From assembly GCA_965203445.1 (NCBI GenBank), contig OZ241883.1:992001-1056000 (forward strand): a stretch of 64,000 nt of DNA, given 5' to 3'. Both the position numbers and the translations under genes were made by a program. This document shows, one piece after another, positions 1 through 10,252 of this stretch (the stretch's first letter is position 1; the number at the start of each line of letters is the position of its first letter). The notes beneath the pieces are model-generated. The model searched no databases and was not told where the DNA came from. It was given only the letters and a program-made list of their open reading frames with translations. The DNA is from Candidatus Oxydemutator sp. Its GTDB lineage: Bacteria > Pseudomonadota > Gammaproteobacteria > Poriferisulfidales > Oxydemutatoraceae.

Positions 1-141
1 CACGTCTATTACAACCGCCGCCAGTTTCTGGTGGACGACGAGGCGGTGCGCCGCGCGCGCCTGGCGTTGGCCGCGGCCGTGCGCCAGCTGCTGCACAACG
101 GCCTGACGCTGTTGGGCGTATCGGCGCCGGAGAAAATGTGA
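1..141 (+). CDS. argS: Arginyl-tRNA synthetase, C-terminal end (partial)
   Basis: Frame 1 reads [23 protein letters not shown]...[13 protein letters not shown], the typical ArgS C-terminus; followed by a SPOR gene as in many proteobacteria. Confidence 0.9.
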   Translation, partial: HVYYNRRQFLVDDEAVRRARLALAAAVRQLLHNGLTLLGVSAPEKM

Positions 142-698
142 CCTCGCCGCGGGACTACAAGGCATCGCGCCCGCGCATGGGCGCGGGCGCTCTCCGCGCG
201 AACGTCGCGGGCGGTCGCCTGCGTTTCGCCGCGGGCGCGGTTTTCGGGCTGTCGTTGGGATTGTGCGCCGCCGTCGCCGTCCACCTGTACCATCGCGCGC
301 AGGCGCCCGCCGACGCGACGGCAACCGCCGACGCCGCCCGCGAAGCGCCGGCGGCCGCCGCCGAGGGCGACGAAATCCACTACGATTTTTTTGACCTGCT
401 ACCCGGCTTCAAGCTGGAGATTCCGCCGCCCGACGGGGACGCGGACGACATACCCGCGGCGCGCGCCGGCAGCAGGTTCATCCTGCAGGCCGGCGCCTTC
501 AAGGAGCGCGAACAGGCGCAGCGGCAGCGGCAGCAACTGGTCGGCATGGGCTACCGCGCCGGCGTGCACAAGTTTCGCGCCGCCGGCGCGGACTGGCATC
601 GCGTCTGGATCGGGCCCTACCCGGAATTGGCGCGCGCCAACGAGGCGCGCCTTGCGCTGAAGGAAAAAGGCATCGAAACCCTGCTGACCGGACATTGA
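138..698 (+). CDS. SPOR domain cell-division protein (FtsN-like)
   Basis: N-terminal [10 protein letters not shown] motif, C-terminal LQAGAF...[13 protein letters not shown] domain; GTG overlaps the argS stop. Confidence 0.85.
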   Translation: MTSPRDYKASRPRMGAGALRANVAGGRLRFAAGAVFGLSLGLCAAVAVHLYHRAQAPADATATADAAREAPAAAAEGDEIHYDFFDLLPGFKLEIPPPDGDADDIPAARAGSRFILQAGAFKEREQAQRQRQQLVGMGYRAGVHKFRAAGADWHRVWIGPYPELARANEARLALKEKGIETLLTGH

Positions 699-1669
699 CG
701 GACACCGGTCCGGGCAAGACCGCGACGAGCCACGTGCACGTGACCGACACAAAGAGGGCCGACGGCAGGTACTACACGCGCGGCAATCCTTTCGGCAATA
801 CGCCGTTTCAGGAGTGGGCGCGTCGGGCCGGATTGCCGCGCGGGCGCGTTCTTGAACCGTTTGCGGGCGCCAACGGCCTGATAAAGATGCTTGCTGGCAT
901 GGGGATCTGCGAACGTTCTTCGGCGTTCGATATTTCCCCGGCGGATGCCGACGTCGAGCGACGCGACACGCTGCGGGACTTCCCGCGGGGCTACGACATA
1001 TGCGTTACCAATCCGCCCTGGCTGGCAAAAAACAGCGCCACTGTACGGGGGTTGGCGTTTCCGCAGTGCCAATACGATGATCTGTACAAATACGCGCTCG
1101 GGAAGTGTCTGGACAACTGCTCCTACGTCGCCGCCCTGATCCCCGAATCATTCATCACCGCCAATCTGTTCCAGGACCGATTGCAGTCCTTCGTCTCGCT
1201 GACCGCCAGGATGTTTTGTGAAACGGGGCATCCAGCGGGACTTGCGTTGTTCGTTCCCGATCCGGTTGACGACGTCGAGGTATGGTCCGGCACCGAGCGG
1301 GTCGGCCCATTATCACTGTTGAGAAAGCGCAAGCCACAACCGGAGAAGGACGGTATCAATGTCAAGTTTAACGCCGTCGCCGGCAACGTCGGGCTGATCG
1401 CCCTCGACAATACCCGGGAAGCATCCATACGGTTTTGCGACGTCGCGGAGTTGGCAGGCTACCGAGTCAAACCCACCGGGCGCCATATAACCAAACTGAT
1501 GGTTGACGGCCCGATAAGAATTGCCGAATGGAACGGGATCATCAAAGAGTTTCGGGACAAGACCTGCGACGTGCTGATGACCTGTTACAAGGGGATCAGA
1601 AAAGACGGCAAGTATCGGCGCCGCTGCGATTGGTCGCTTGCGCGTGGCGTTATCCATGATGTCGGCTGA
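695..1669 (+). CDS. Orphan amino (N6-adenine/N4-cytosine) DNA methyltransferase
   Basis: Motif I LEPFAGANG, FDI acidic motif, motif IV VTNPPW. Confidence 0.75.
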   Translation: MTDTGPGKTATSHVHVTDTKRADGRYYTRGNPFGNTPFQEWARRAGLPRGRVLEPFAGANGLIKMLAGMGICERSSAFDISPADADVERRDTLRDFPRGYDICVTNPPWLAKNSATVRGLAFPQCQYDDLYKYALGKCLDNCSYVAALIPESFITANLFQDRLQSFVSLTARMFCETGHPAGLALFVPDPVDDVEVWSGTERVGPLSLLRKRKPQPEKDGINVKFNAVAGNVGLIALDNTREASIRFCDVAELAGYRVKPTGRHITKLMVDGPIRIAEWNGIIKEFRDKTCDVLMTCYKGIRKDGKYRRRCDWSLARGVIHDVG

Positions 1670-1709
1670 ACACGTGCCGAAACTCTGTTCACCGAAGTGC
1701 CTTGCTAAA

Positions 1710-1757
1710 CGCACAAAAACAGTGCACAATTTACTCTGATTGCACTGATATAGTGCA
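1710..1757. promoter_or_regulatory. Two NtrC-binding enhancer sites
   Basis: CGCAC-N7-GTGCA (1710-1726) and TGCAC-N7-GTGCA (1741-1757), 31 bp apart, upstream of glnA. Confidence 0.85.
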
Positions 1758-1830
1758 GATTGCGTCTGTAGCGCCAGTATTGCCGTCTGATTCGGGCCGG
1801 AAGACACTCTGGCACAATGCAAAAAGAGGA

Positions 1831-1848
1831 TTGGCATGATACTCGCTT
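1831..1848 (+). promoter_or_regulatory. Sigma54 -24/-12 promoter of glnA
   Basis: TTGGCATGATACTCGCTT has GG-N10-GC spacing and resembles enteric glnAp2. Confidence 0.85.
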
Positions 1849-1904
1849 AATAATCGTAGAGGAGTATCCCTCCGCAAAAGATCCAATCCCTATCAGGAGT
1901 TGCA

Positions 1905-3314
1905 ATGTCTTCACAAAATGTATTGAAAATGATCGAGGACAACGACGTCAAGTTCGTTGATCTTCGTTTCACCGACACGCGCGGCAAGGAGCAGCACGTG
2001 ACGGTACCCGCGGCCGTCATAGACGAGCGGTTCTTCGTGGACGGCAAGATGTTCGACGGTTCCTCCATTGCCGGCTGGAAGCACATCGAGGAGTCGGACA
2101 TGGTGCTGATACCGGACACCGGCACCGCGGTCATGGATCCGTTCTTCAACGACCCGACGCTGCTTTTGCGGTGCAGCGTCAAGGAACCGAAGACGATGGA
2201 GCCGTACGACAGGGACCCGCGTTCGATCGCGGAACTCGCGGAGCGCTACCTGGCGGACAGCGGTATCGCCGACGTCGCCTACTTCGGCCCCGAACCGGAG
2301 TTTTTCGTGTTCGACGACGTGCGCTGGCACGACAGTTACGGTTCGACCTCGTACATGGTGGATTCCGACGAGGCCGCGTGGAATTCCGGCAAGCCCTATG
2401 AGGAGGGCAACATCGGCCACCGCCCGCCGATCAAGGGCGGTTATTTTCCGGTGCCGCCGGTGGACTCGCTGCAAGACGTGCGCTCGGCGATCTGCACCGT
2501 GCTGGGCGAGATGGGCGTGGTCACCGAGGTGCACCACCACGAGGTCGGCACCGCCGGGCAATGCGAGATCGGCACCAAGTACGACTCGCTGACGCGGCGC
2601 GCCGACATGAACCAGATCCTCAAGTACGTGGTGCTGAACGTCTCGCACAACTACGGCAAGACCGCGACCTTCATGCCCAAGCCCATCGTCGGCGACAACG
2701 GCAGCGGCATGCACGTGCACCAGTCGCTGTTCAAGGACGGCAAGAATCTGTTCGTCGGCGACGGCTACGCCGGATTGTCGGAGACCGCGCTGTTCTACGT
2801 CGGCGGCATCCTCAAGCACGCGCGCACGCTCAACGCCTTCACCAACGCCGCCACCAACAGCTACAAGCGCCTGGTGCCGGGCTTCGAGGCGCCGGCGCTG
2901 CTGGTCTATTCCGAGCGCAACCGCTCGGCGGCGGTGCGCGTACCGCTGGTGCCGCACGCCCAAAGCCGTCGCGTCGAGGTGCGCTTTCCGGACTCCGCCG
3001 GCAACCCGTATCTGACGTTCGCGTCCATGCTGATGGCCGGCCTAGACGGCATCATCAACCGTATCCACCCGGGCGAGGCGCACGGCGAGGACATGTACGC
3101 GCTGACGCCCGAGGAGGAGGCGAAAATTCCGACGGTGTGCGCGACGCTGCACGACGCGCTGCACGAACTCGACGGCGACCGCGAATTTCTGAAGGCCGGC
3201 GGCGTCTTCAGCGACGACGCGATTGACGGCTACATCGAGTTGAAGCGCGACGAAGTGGCGCGCATACGCACCGCGACGCACCCCGCCGAATACGACATGT
3301 ACTACAGCTGCTGA
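1905..3314 (+). CDS. glnA: Glutamine synthetase type I
   Basis: [45 protein letters not shown] motifs. Confidence 0.98.
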   Translation: MSSQNVLKMIEDNDVKFVDLRFTDTRGKEQHVTVPAAVIDERFFVDGKMFDGSSIAGWKHIEESDMVLIPDTGTAVMDPFFNDPTLLLRCSVKEPKTMEPYDRDPRSIAELAERYLADSGIADVAYFGPEPEFFVFDDVRWHDSYGSTSYMVDSDEAAWNSGKPYEEGNIGHRPPIKGGYFPVPPVDSLQDVRSAICTVLGEMGVVTEVHHHEVGTAGQCEIGTKYDSLTRRADMNQILKYVVLNVSHNYGKTATFMPKPIVGDNGSGMHVHQSLFKDGKNLFVGDGYAGLSETALFYVGGILKHARTLNAFTNAATNSYKRLVPGFEAPALLVYSERNRSAAVRVPLVPHAQSRRVEVRFPDSAGNPYLTFASMLMAGLDGIINRIHPGEAHGEDMYALTPEEEAKIPTVCATLHDALHELDGDREFLKAGGVFSDDAIDGYIELKRDEVARIRTATHPAEYDMYYSC

Positions 3315-3336
3315 ACGCGCCGCGCCGAGGAAACGG

Positions 3337-4404
3337 ATGCCTGAGGCGGCCGCTCGCGACGTCGACGAGGCGCACCTGCTACAGCAGCTGTCGTCGCCGG
3401 TGCTGCTGTTCGACCGCGGCCTGAGGCTCAGGTTTCTGAACCCCGCGGCCGAGGATCTGCTCGGCAGCAGCGTGCAGCGCTGCCTCGGGCGCTCGTTGGA
3501 CGAGCTGTTCAACGGCGCCTCCTCGGAGTTGGCGCGTTGCGCGAAGGCGGCGCTCGACAGCGGCGCCACTTATACCGAGCGCGCGTTCGAGATGCCGGTC
3601 GCCCCCGGTTGCGAGACGACCGTGGATTGCACGATCACGCCGCTCACCGACGATCGAGGCGTCGTCGTCGAGCTGGTGTCCCTAGACCGCCAGCTGCAGA
3701 TCCGCCGAGGCGAGGACTGGTTCAACCGCCAAGCGGCGCTGCGCACGCTGTGGCGCGAGATCGCCCACGAGGTCAAGAACCCGCTGGCCGGCATCCGCGG
3801 CGCCGCGCAACTGCTCGAGCGCGAACTTCCCGACGACGACCTGCGCGAATACACCCGCGTCATCATCGGCGAGGTGGATCGTCTGCGCGACCTGGTGGAC
3901 GGGCTGCTGGGGCCGAACCGCCCGCCGAAACTGGGGCGTATCAATCTGCACGAGGCGCTCGAACGGGTACACCTGCTGATCCAGGCCGAGGCGCCGGCGA
4001 CGGTGCGGATCGAGCGCGACTACGACCCGAGCATTCCGCCGTTGCAGGCCGACAAGAACCTGCTGGTGCAGGCATTTATGAACCTCGCCAGAAACGCGTT
4101 GCAGGCCGTCGGCGACGAGGGCCGCGTCACGCTCAAGAGCCGCGTCGAGAGGCAGTTTGTGATTCACGCAAAGCGCCACCGCCTGGTGGCGCGCGCCGCG
4201 GTCGCGGACGACGGCCCCGGCATCCCCGACGACGTCGCCGACCGCATCTTCTACCCGTTGATCTCGAGCCGTGAAAACGGCAGCGGTCTCGGCCTGCCGA
4301 TCGCGCAATCCGCGGTGAGCCAGCACGGCGGCCTGATCGAGTGGCGCTCGCGCCCGGGATGTACCGAGTTCAGCGTGATCCTGCCGATTCCGGAGGCCGC
4401 GTGA
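3337..4404 (+). CDS. glnL: Nitrogen regulation sensor kinase NtrB
   Basis: PAS domain, AHEVKNPLAGIRGAAQLL H-box, DYDPSIP, GSGLGL. Confidence 0.95.
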   Translation: MPEAAARDVDEAHLLQQLSSPVLLFDRGLRLRFLNPAAEDLLGSSVQRCLGRSLDELFNGASSELARCAKAALDSGATYTERAFEMPVAPGCETTVDCTITPLTDDRGVVVELVSLDRQLQIRRGEDWFNRQAALRTLWREIAHEVKNPLAGIRGAAQLLERELPDDDLREYTRVIIGEVDRLRDLVDGLLGPNRPPKLGRINLHEALERVHLLIQAEAPATVRIERDYDPSIPPLQADKNLLVQAFMNLARNALQAVGDEGRVTLKSRVERQFVIHAKRHRLVARAAVADDGPGIPDDVADRIFYPLISSRENGSGLGLPIAQSAVSQHGGLIEWRSRPGCTEFSVILPIPEAA

Positions 4405-5810
4405 GCACCTCGGTCTGGATAGTAGATGACGACCAGTCGCTGCGCTGGGTGCTGGAGCAGGCGTTTCGCAAGGCCGGTATGAATCCGACCGGCTTCGATT
4501 CGGCCAAGCGCGCGCTCGAGGTGCTCGACAAGGAAGGTGCGAACGCCGCGCCCGACGCGGTGCTTGCCGATATTCGCATGCCGGAGATGGACGGCTTCGA
4601 GTTTTTGCGCGAGGTGCGCGGGCGCCTCCCGGAGCTGCCGGTCGTGATCATGACCGCGCACTCGGACTTGGAGAACGCGATTGATTCGTACAAGGGCGGG
4701 GCGTTCGAGTATCTGCCGAAGCCGCTCGACCTCGACCAAGCCGTCGAGATCGCGCGCCGCGCCGCGGCGCGGCGACGCGCCGGTGGCGACGCCGTCGGCG
4801 ACGGCGCGCGTGCGCCGCACTCCGAAATCATCGGCGCGACGCCGGCGATGCAGGAAGTCTTCAAGATCGTCGGGCGCGCCGCGCGCACCGACGTCACGGT
4901 GATGATTACCGGCGAGTCGGGTACCGGCAAGGAGCTGATAGCGCGCGCGCTGCACCAGCACAGCGCGCGTTCCGACAAACCGTTCGTCGCGATCAACAGC
5001 TCGGCGATCCCGCACGATCTGCTCGAATCGGAACTGTTCGGCTACGAGAAAGGCGCGTTCACCGGTGCCCAGGCGCGCCACCCAGGGCGCTTCGAGCAGG
5101 CCGACGGCGGCATCTTGTTCCTGGACGAGATCGGCGACATGCCGGTCACGCTGCAAAGCAAGCTGCTGCGCGTGCTCGAGGACGGCAGTTTCTACCGCAT
5201 CGGCGGGCGCACCGCGGTCAAGGTGGACGTACGCATCGTCTGCGCCACGCACCGCGACCTCGAGCAATGGGTCGCCGACGGCCTGTTCCGCGAGGACTTG
5301 TGGCATCGTCTGAACGTGATCCGCGTCGAGATGCCGCCGTTGCGCGCGCGCCGCGACGACGTGCCGGGCCTGGTCGCACACTTCATGACCGACGCCGCGC
5401 GCCAGCTCGGTGCGGAAGACAAAACGGTGGCGCCGCCGGTGATGGATTATTTGAAGAGTCTGCCGTGGCGCGGCAACGTGCGCCAAGTGCGCAACGTCTG
5501 CACGTGGCTGACCGTGATGACGGTCGGCAAGGAGGTGCACATGCAGGATCTGCCGAAGGAACTGGTCGCCGACGCCGCGCCGCGTCGCCAGGGCGAGAAA
5601 TGGACGCAGGAATTGTTCGAGGCGGCGCGGCAGCGCTTGTCGCGGACCGGCACCGCCGACCTGCTGGACGAACTGCGCCCGATGTTCGAGGCCACCTTGA
5701 TCCGCGCCGCCCTCGAAAAGACCGGCGGCAAAAAAAACGAGGCCGCGGCGCTGCTCGGCTGGGGCCGCAACACCATCACCAAAAAAATACGCGAATTAGC
5801 CCTGGACTGA
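4401..5810 (+). CDS. glnG: Nitrogen regulation response regulator NtrC
   Basis: Receiver domain, [15 protein letters not shown]-terminal [11 protein letters not shown]; GTG start overlaps the ntrB stop. Confidence 0.95.
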   Translation: MSTSVWIVDDDQSLRWVLEQAFRKAGMNPTGFDSAKRALEVLDKEGANAAPDAVLADIRMPEMDGFEFLREVRGRLPELPVVIMTAHSDLENAIDSYKGGAFEYLPKPLDLDQAVEIARRAAARRRAGGDAVGDGARAPHSEIIGATPAMQEVFKIVGRAARTDVTVMITGESGTGKELIARALHQHSARSDKPFVAINSSAIPHDLLESELFGYEKGAFTGAQARHPGRFEQADGGILFLDEIGDMPVTLQSKLLRVLEDGSFYRIGGRTAVKVDVRIVCATHRDLEQWVADGLFREDLWHRLNVIRVEMPPLRARRDDVPGLVAHFMTDAARQLGAEDKTVAPPVMDYLKSLPWRGNVRQVRNVCTWLTVMTVGKEVHMQDLPKELVADAAPRRQGEKWTQELFEAARQRLSRTGTADLLDELRPMFEATLIRAALEKTGGKKNEAAALLGWGRNTITKKIRELALD

Positions 5811-5963
5811 CCGTCGGTGTTCGCCCATTCGCCGACGGGCGGTTGTTGCGCGACGCGCACCCCGCGCCGTGGTCGCTCAACGCCGTTGCGCCGGCGAATC
5901 AGTGAACTTTTACGGGAATGACGAACCTCAGGGGGCGGGGAGTCGGGGGCGCCGGGGCGCGTG

Positions 5964-6911
5964 TCACTCGTGCAGGCGCAGGGAACCGATCAGGTCGGTG
6001 ACGCGGGCGATGCCGTGCTCGTCCAGGTAGGACGCGATCTCGCGGTTGACGTTCCGGCACAGCAGCGGGTCGTAAAACAGCCCGGTGCCTATGCCGACCG
6101 CACTGGCACCCGCAATCAAAAACTCGATTGCGTCGCGTCCGCAGGTGACGCCGCCCTGGCCGATAATCGGCGTCGCGTGCGCCTTGCACACCTGATACAC
6201 CTCCCACACCTTGAGCAGCGCGATCGGCTTGATCGCGGCCCCCGACAGGCCGCCCCGGTTGCCGCCTAACACCGGCGTGCGGGTGTGCACGTCTATCGCC
6301 AGGCCGGCGACCGTGTTGATCACGGCGAACGCGTCGCTGCCGGCCTCGAGGCAGCGGCGCGCGTTTTCGGCGACGTCGGTCTGGTTCGGCGACAGCTTGG
6401 TGATCAGCGGCTTGCGCGTCGCCCGGCGGCAAGCCTCGACGACCCGCGCCGACGCCTCCGGGTAATTGCCGAACTCGACGCCGCCCTTGCGCACGTTCGG
6501 GCACGAGACGTTGATCTCGATCGCGTCTATCGGCGTGTCGTCGAGACGCCGCGCGATCTCGCCGTACTCCTCGACGGTCGAACCGCAGACGTTGGCGACG
6601 AAGCGCGTCTCGCCGAAGTCGAGCGCCGGCAGAACGTCGTTGATCAGGGCCTCGACCCCCGGGTTTTGCAGGCCGATGGAGTTGAGCAGGCCGTCCGGCG
6701 TCTCCGCCAAGCGGTGCGGTTGGTTGCCGAGCCTGGGTGCGAGCGTCGTTCCCTTCAGGCACACGGCGCCGACGTCGCGGTGCGAGAAACCCGCGACGCG
6801 GGTGTATTCGTCGCCGAACCCGACGCAGCCCGACAGCAGAACCAGCGGACTGCCGAAGTGCAGACCGCAAAAATCAACGGCCAGTTTGGAATAATCGTCG
6901 CCGCGCGCCAT
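5964..6911 (-). CDS. pyrD: Dihydroorotate dehydrogenase, class 1 type
   Basis: LNSIGLQNPG, EINVSCPN, KLSPN, GGLSG.AIKP motifs; start set at MARGDDY. Confidence 0.9.
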   Translation of the reverse strand: MARGDDYSKLAVDFCGLHFGSPLVLLSGCVGFGDEYTRVAGFSHRDVGAVCLKGTTLAPRLGNQPHRLAETPDGLLNSIGLQNPGVEALINDVLPALDFGETRFVANVCGSTVEEYGEIARRLDDTPIDAIEINVSCPNVRKGGVEFGNYPEASARVVEACRRATRKPLITKLSPNQTDVAENARRCLEAGSDAFAVINTVAGLAIDVHTRTPVLGGNRGGLSGAAIKPIALLKVWEVYQVCKAHATPIIGQGGVTCGRDAIEFLIAGASAVGIGTGLFYDPLLCRNVNREIASYLDEHGIARVTDLIGSLRLHE

Positions 6912-6974
6912 CGCCGCGCGCCATGATACCATTGCCGGAGTATTTTCTCCCTCGTCCGAACCAGAATAATTGCC

Positions 6975-8276
6975 ATGAGAAATTTCGACAGAATTGTTTT
7001 TATATTGGCGTTCGTCGCGGCCACCGCGGGCATAATCGCGTTCAGGAGTTTTCTGCCCGCGTACACGTGGGCGCCCGCGGCGTGGGCGGCGCTGGTGCTG
7101 ACGTTGTTGTTCCTGTACACGCTTGCCGATGAAGGAGGCGGCGAGCGCGACGGCGACAACCTGTATTATCTCGGCCTGCTGTTCACGCTGGTGAGTCTCG
7201 GCCATTCGCTGTACATCTACGATTCCGCCGCCGGCGGGTCGGCCCGCGCCATCGTCTCCGGTTTCGGCGTGGCGCTGTCGTCGACCGTGCTGGGCATACT
7301 CTACCGAGCCATCGTGCAATCGTTCCAGACCGATCTGGCGGAGAGCGAAACCCAGGCGCGGCGCGAACTCGGCAACGCGATGGGGCACTTCAGAACCGAG
7401 TTGTACCAGTGGGCCAAGGACGTCGGTTCGTTCCTGCTGGTGACGCGCCAGATGTTCACCGAGATCAACGACATGTTGCAGGAAAACAGTCGCCAGACCT
7501 GCGAGCGCGTGACCGAGGTGGCGGACGGGCTCAAGCAGACGAGCGAACGCCTGCAAGGGTCGTTTGAAAAGCAGCAGCTGCAATTCGCCGAGGACATGGG
7601 TCGCGCGCACGAGGCCATGGAGAAGGTCGCCGCGCAGTTGGGGGCGCTGGTGGACGGTCGCGGCGGCATCGCGGAAAAACTCGACGGCGCCCTCGGGCAG
7701 ATGGAAGACAGAATCAACGACATCGGCGAGACCGTGAAACGCAACCTGGATAAGCAGTTTCAGGGCACGACCGGGGGGCTGGACGCGTTTTTGAAAAAGC
7801 TGAACGTGTTCGCCGACCGGCTGAAGGTGCTCGAAAGCAGCCCCGACGTCATCGCCGGGGAGTTCCGGCAGCTGGCGCAGACGCTGGAGAAATCGCTGTC
7901 GCCGGTGCGCGCCGTGGTCGACGCCGAAACGAAGATGGTCGCCGAGATAGACGAGTTTCTGGAGACGATCCGCAATACCGACGTCACCAGGCTGGCGCAA
8001 TCGGTGGACTTGGCCGCGGCCAAGACCGCCGAGCTGAGCGAGCGGCTCGCGTCCATAGGCGACGAGATGGAGGCGGCGACGCACCGCCTGGTGGAAACGA
8101 TGAAGAACAGCGAGACCGAGGTACAGGGGCACGTCAAGACGTCGGAGAACTTCCGGCGGAGCATGCAGAGCCACCTCGAGGCGTCGCGCGTCATGGTGCG
8201 CGAGGTGCACGAGTCGCTGCTCACCGCGGCGCGGGCGATTCGCAAGGAAATAGATGGCGTCGAATACAAACAATAA
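6975..8276 (+). CDS. MotA/TolQ/ExbB-like membrane protein with long helical tail (ZorA-like)
   Basis: About 4 TM segments including YYLGLLFTLVSL and GFGVALSSTVLGI, then ~310 aa of helical, coiled-coil-like sequence. Confidence 0.6.
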   Translation: MRNFDRIVFILAFVAATAGIIAFRSFLPAYTWAPAAWAALVLTLLFLYTLADEGGGERDGDNLYYLGLLFTLVSLGHSLYIYDSAAGGSARAIVSGFGVALSSTVLGILYRAIVQSFQTDLAESETQARRELGNAMGHFRTELYQWAKDVGSFLLVTRQMFTEINDMLQENSRQTCERVTEVADGLKQTSERLQGSFEKQQLQFAEDMGRAHEAMEKVAAQLGALVDGRGGIAEKLDGALGQMEDRINDIGETVKRNLDKQFQGTTGGLDAFLKKLNVFADRLKVLESSPDVIAGEFRQLAQTLEKSLSPVRAVVDAETKMVAEIDEFLETIRNTDVTRLAQSVDLAAAKTAELSERLASIGDEMEAATHRLVETMKNSETEVQGHVKTSENFRRSMQSHLEASRVMVREVHESLLTAARAIRKEIDGVEYKQ

Positions 8277-8964
8277 AGCGGACGCCGCCTTGCTGAACGG
8301 GCGCTCGTACCGCCGCGGCCTGACGCTGGGGCTGGGGCTGTCGGAATTGCTGGTGGTGGTGCTGTTCCTGCTGCTGCTGTTGGGCGTGCCGTACGCGACG
8401 ACGCGCCCGGCCGCGGAGCAGCCCGCCGACGTGCGCGAGTCGGCCGCGCTGTTGATCGAAAGCCGCAAGGAACTCGCGCGCGTGCAGGCCGAGAACGCCG
8501 CGCTTCGGCAGAGACTGTCGCAGGGCAAGGAGGGGCTGCTCAGGCAGCTCAGGCAGCAGACGCTTGCGATCGCCCACCTGGCCAGGGAAAAAGGCCTCGA
8601 GGCGTCGTGCTGGTACGACTTCGACGAGGCCGGCAAACAGAACCAGGTGTATCTGTTTGACGTCAACATCTATGACGTCGGCATGGAAATCGAGGACCTC
8701 GAGGCACCCCCGCAATACGCCGAGGAGAAGGCGCTGCTGCCGCTCGACCTTCCCTACGGTGAACGCATCAGCGACGACGACTTCCTGCGCGCGACCAAGC
8801 CGCTCCACGAATACGCCAGGACGCGCAAACTGAGGCCGTACCCGTGCGTGTTCTACGTGCGCATACGCGACCGCACTTCGGCGGCGGCGCCGGAGCGCTA
8901 CAAACGGGCCGACGAGCGCGTCGTCGGCCGGCATTTCTACCGCTATCGCTCGCGCACCCGGTAG
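8254..8964 (+). CDS. Single-pass membrane partner protein (MotB/ExbD-like anchor, unknown C-terminal domain)
   Basis: TM LGLSELLVVVLFLLLLL with intramembrane Glu, coiled coil, two-Cys C-terminal domain; overlaps the upstream gene. Confidence 0.55.
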   Translation: MASNTNNKADAALLNGRSYRRGLTLGLGLSELLVVVLFLLLLLGVPYATTRPAAEQPADVRESAALLIESRKELARVQAENAALRQRLSQGKEGLLRQLRQQTLAIAHLAREKGLEASCWYDFDEAGKQNQVYLFDVNIYDVGMEIEDLEAPPQYAEEKALLPLDLPYGERISDDDFLRATKPLHEYARTRKLRPYPCVFYVRIRDRTSAAAPERYKRADERVVGRHFYRYRSRTR

Positions 8965-8976
8965 CGGAACCTCGGC

Positions 8977-9162
8977 GTGAAACGGGTGAACGGGAAAATC
9001 GCGCGCGCCGACTCGTGTGCGCTCGAGATCGCCGACCTGCGCCGTGAGCACAGACTGTTGCGCAAGACGGTCAAGTCGTGGCGGCAGCGGCGGCGCAAGC
9101 TGCTGCTGAAGGAACGGATTTACGGCGCCGTGCACGGCGTGCACGAGGCGCGCGACGACTGA
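8977..9162 (+). CDS. Small basic hypothetical protein
   Basis: 61-aa ORF 12 bp after the membrane pair, filling the gap before the gpsA stop. Confidence 0.3.
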   Translation: MKRVNGKIARADSCALEIADLRREHRLLRKTVKSWRQRRRKLLLKERIYGAVHGVHEARDD

Positions 9163-9183
9163 GCGGCGTCGCGTCGGCGGTGC

Positions 9184-10188
9184 TCATCCGCCGCTCTCGG
9201 CGCGCGCCGGTCTTCGCAGTAGTTCGACGACGGCGTCGTGCACCGTCGTCTCGCCCTGCAACACGCGCTGAACCTGCGTGCAGATCGGCATTTCGACGCC
9301 GTGGCGCGCCGCCAGTCGCAGCGCGATGCCGGTCGTCGGCACGCCCTCGACGACGCCGCCGCATTTGCCGAGCGCGTCGCGCGCCGCGAGTCCCCGCGCC
9401 AGCAGCAAGCCGAGGCGGCGGTTGCGCGACAGGTCGCTGCCGCACGACAGCACGACGTCGCCGAGACCGGCCAGGCCGGTAACGGTCTCCGCGCGCGCGC
9501 CCATCGCCGTCGCCAGTTCCAGAATCTCGTTGAGGCCGCGCGTGACCAGCGCGGCCTTTGCATTTTCGCCCATGCCCAGACCGTCGCACACGCCGACCGC
9601 GATCGCGATGACGTTCTTCAGCGCCCCGCCGATCTCGGCGCCGACCACGTCGTCGGTGGTGTAGGCGCGCAACTTGCCGCCGTGCAGCATCGCCGCGAAA
9701 GCGCGCGCCGCGCCGGCGTCGCGCGAGGCTATGGTGACGGCGGTGGGTTTGCCGGCGGCGACTTCGGCCGCAAACGACGGTCCCGCCAGCACGCACAACG
9801 GCAGCTTGCCGCCGAGCGTCTGCTCGATGACCTCGTGTACCAGGCAGGCGCTCTCGACCTCGATGCCCTTGATCGCGCACACCAGCCCCGTGTGCCTCTT
9901 GCCGACCGCGTCCTTGAGCCGTCCCGCGGTTTTGCGCAGCGCCGCGGTCGGCAGCGCCAGCAGCAGCAGCTCACCCGCGGCCACCGCCTCGTCGAAGTCG
10001 GCGCGCACCGAGACGGCGTCGGCAAGCCGCGCTCCGGGCAGATAGACGTCGTTGCGGCGCGTGTCCGCGAGGCGCGCGAGTAGCGCGCGGTCGCGCCCCC
10101 ACAGGTGCACCGCGTGCCCGTTGTCTGCGAGTTGCGACGCGAGCGCCGTGCCCCAGGCGCCCGCGCCGATCACGGTGATTTGCGTCAT
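9184..10188 (-). CDS. gpsA: NAD(P)H-dependent glycerol-3-phosphate dehydrogenase
   Basis: GAGAWGTALA, GPSFAAEV, GGALKNVIAI, SRNRRLG. Confidence 0.95.
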   Translation of the reverse strand: MTQITVIGAGAWGTALASQLADNGHAVHLWGRDRALLARLADTRRNDVYLPGARLADAVSVRADFDEAVAAGELLLLALPTAALRKTAGRLKDAVGKRHTGLVCAIKGIEVESACLVHEVIEQTLGGKLPLCVLAGPSFAAEVAAGKPTAVTIASRDAGAARAFAAMLHGGKLRAYTTDDVVGAEIGGALKNVIAIAVGVCDGLGMGENAKAALVTRGLNEILELATAMGARAETVTGLAGLGDVVLSCGSDLSRNRRLGLLLARGLAARDALGKCGGVVEGVPTTGIALRLAARHGVEMPICTQVQRVLQGETTVHDAVVELLRRPARAESGG

Positions 10189-10252
10189 GGCTGCTTGCGG
10201 CGGCACCTCGGGCGATGGAAGCGCGGTGGCGGGGTTCGCGCCGGCGCCGGGC

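Noticed and set aside
5964-8669. 901-aa ORF suggesting a giant PyrD fusion
   Set aside because: The N-terminal ~585 aa is the antisense shadow of the plus-strand membrane genes; PyrD homology starts at 6911
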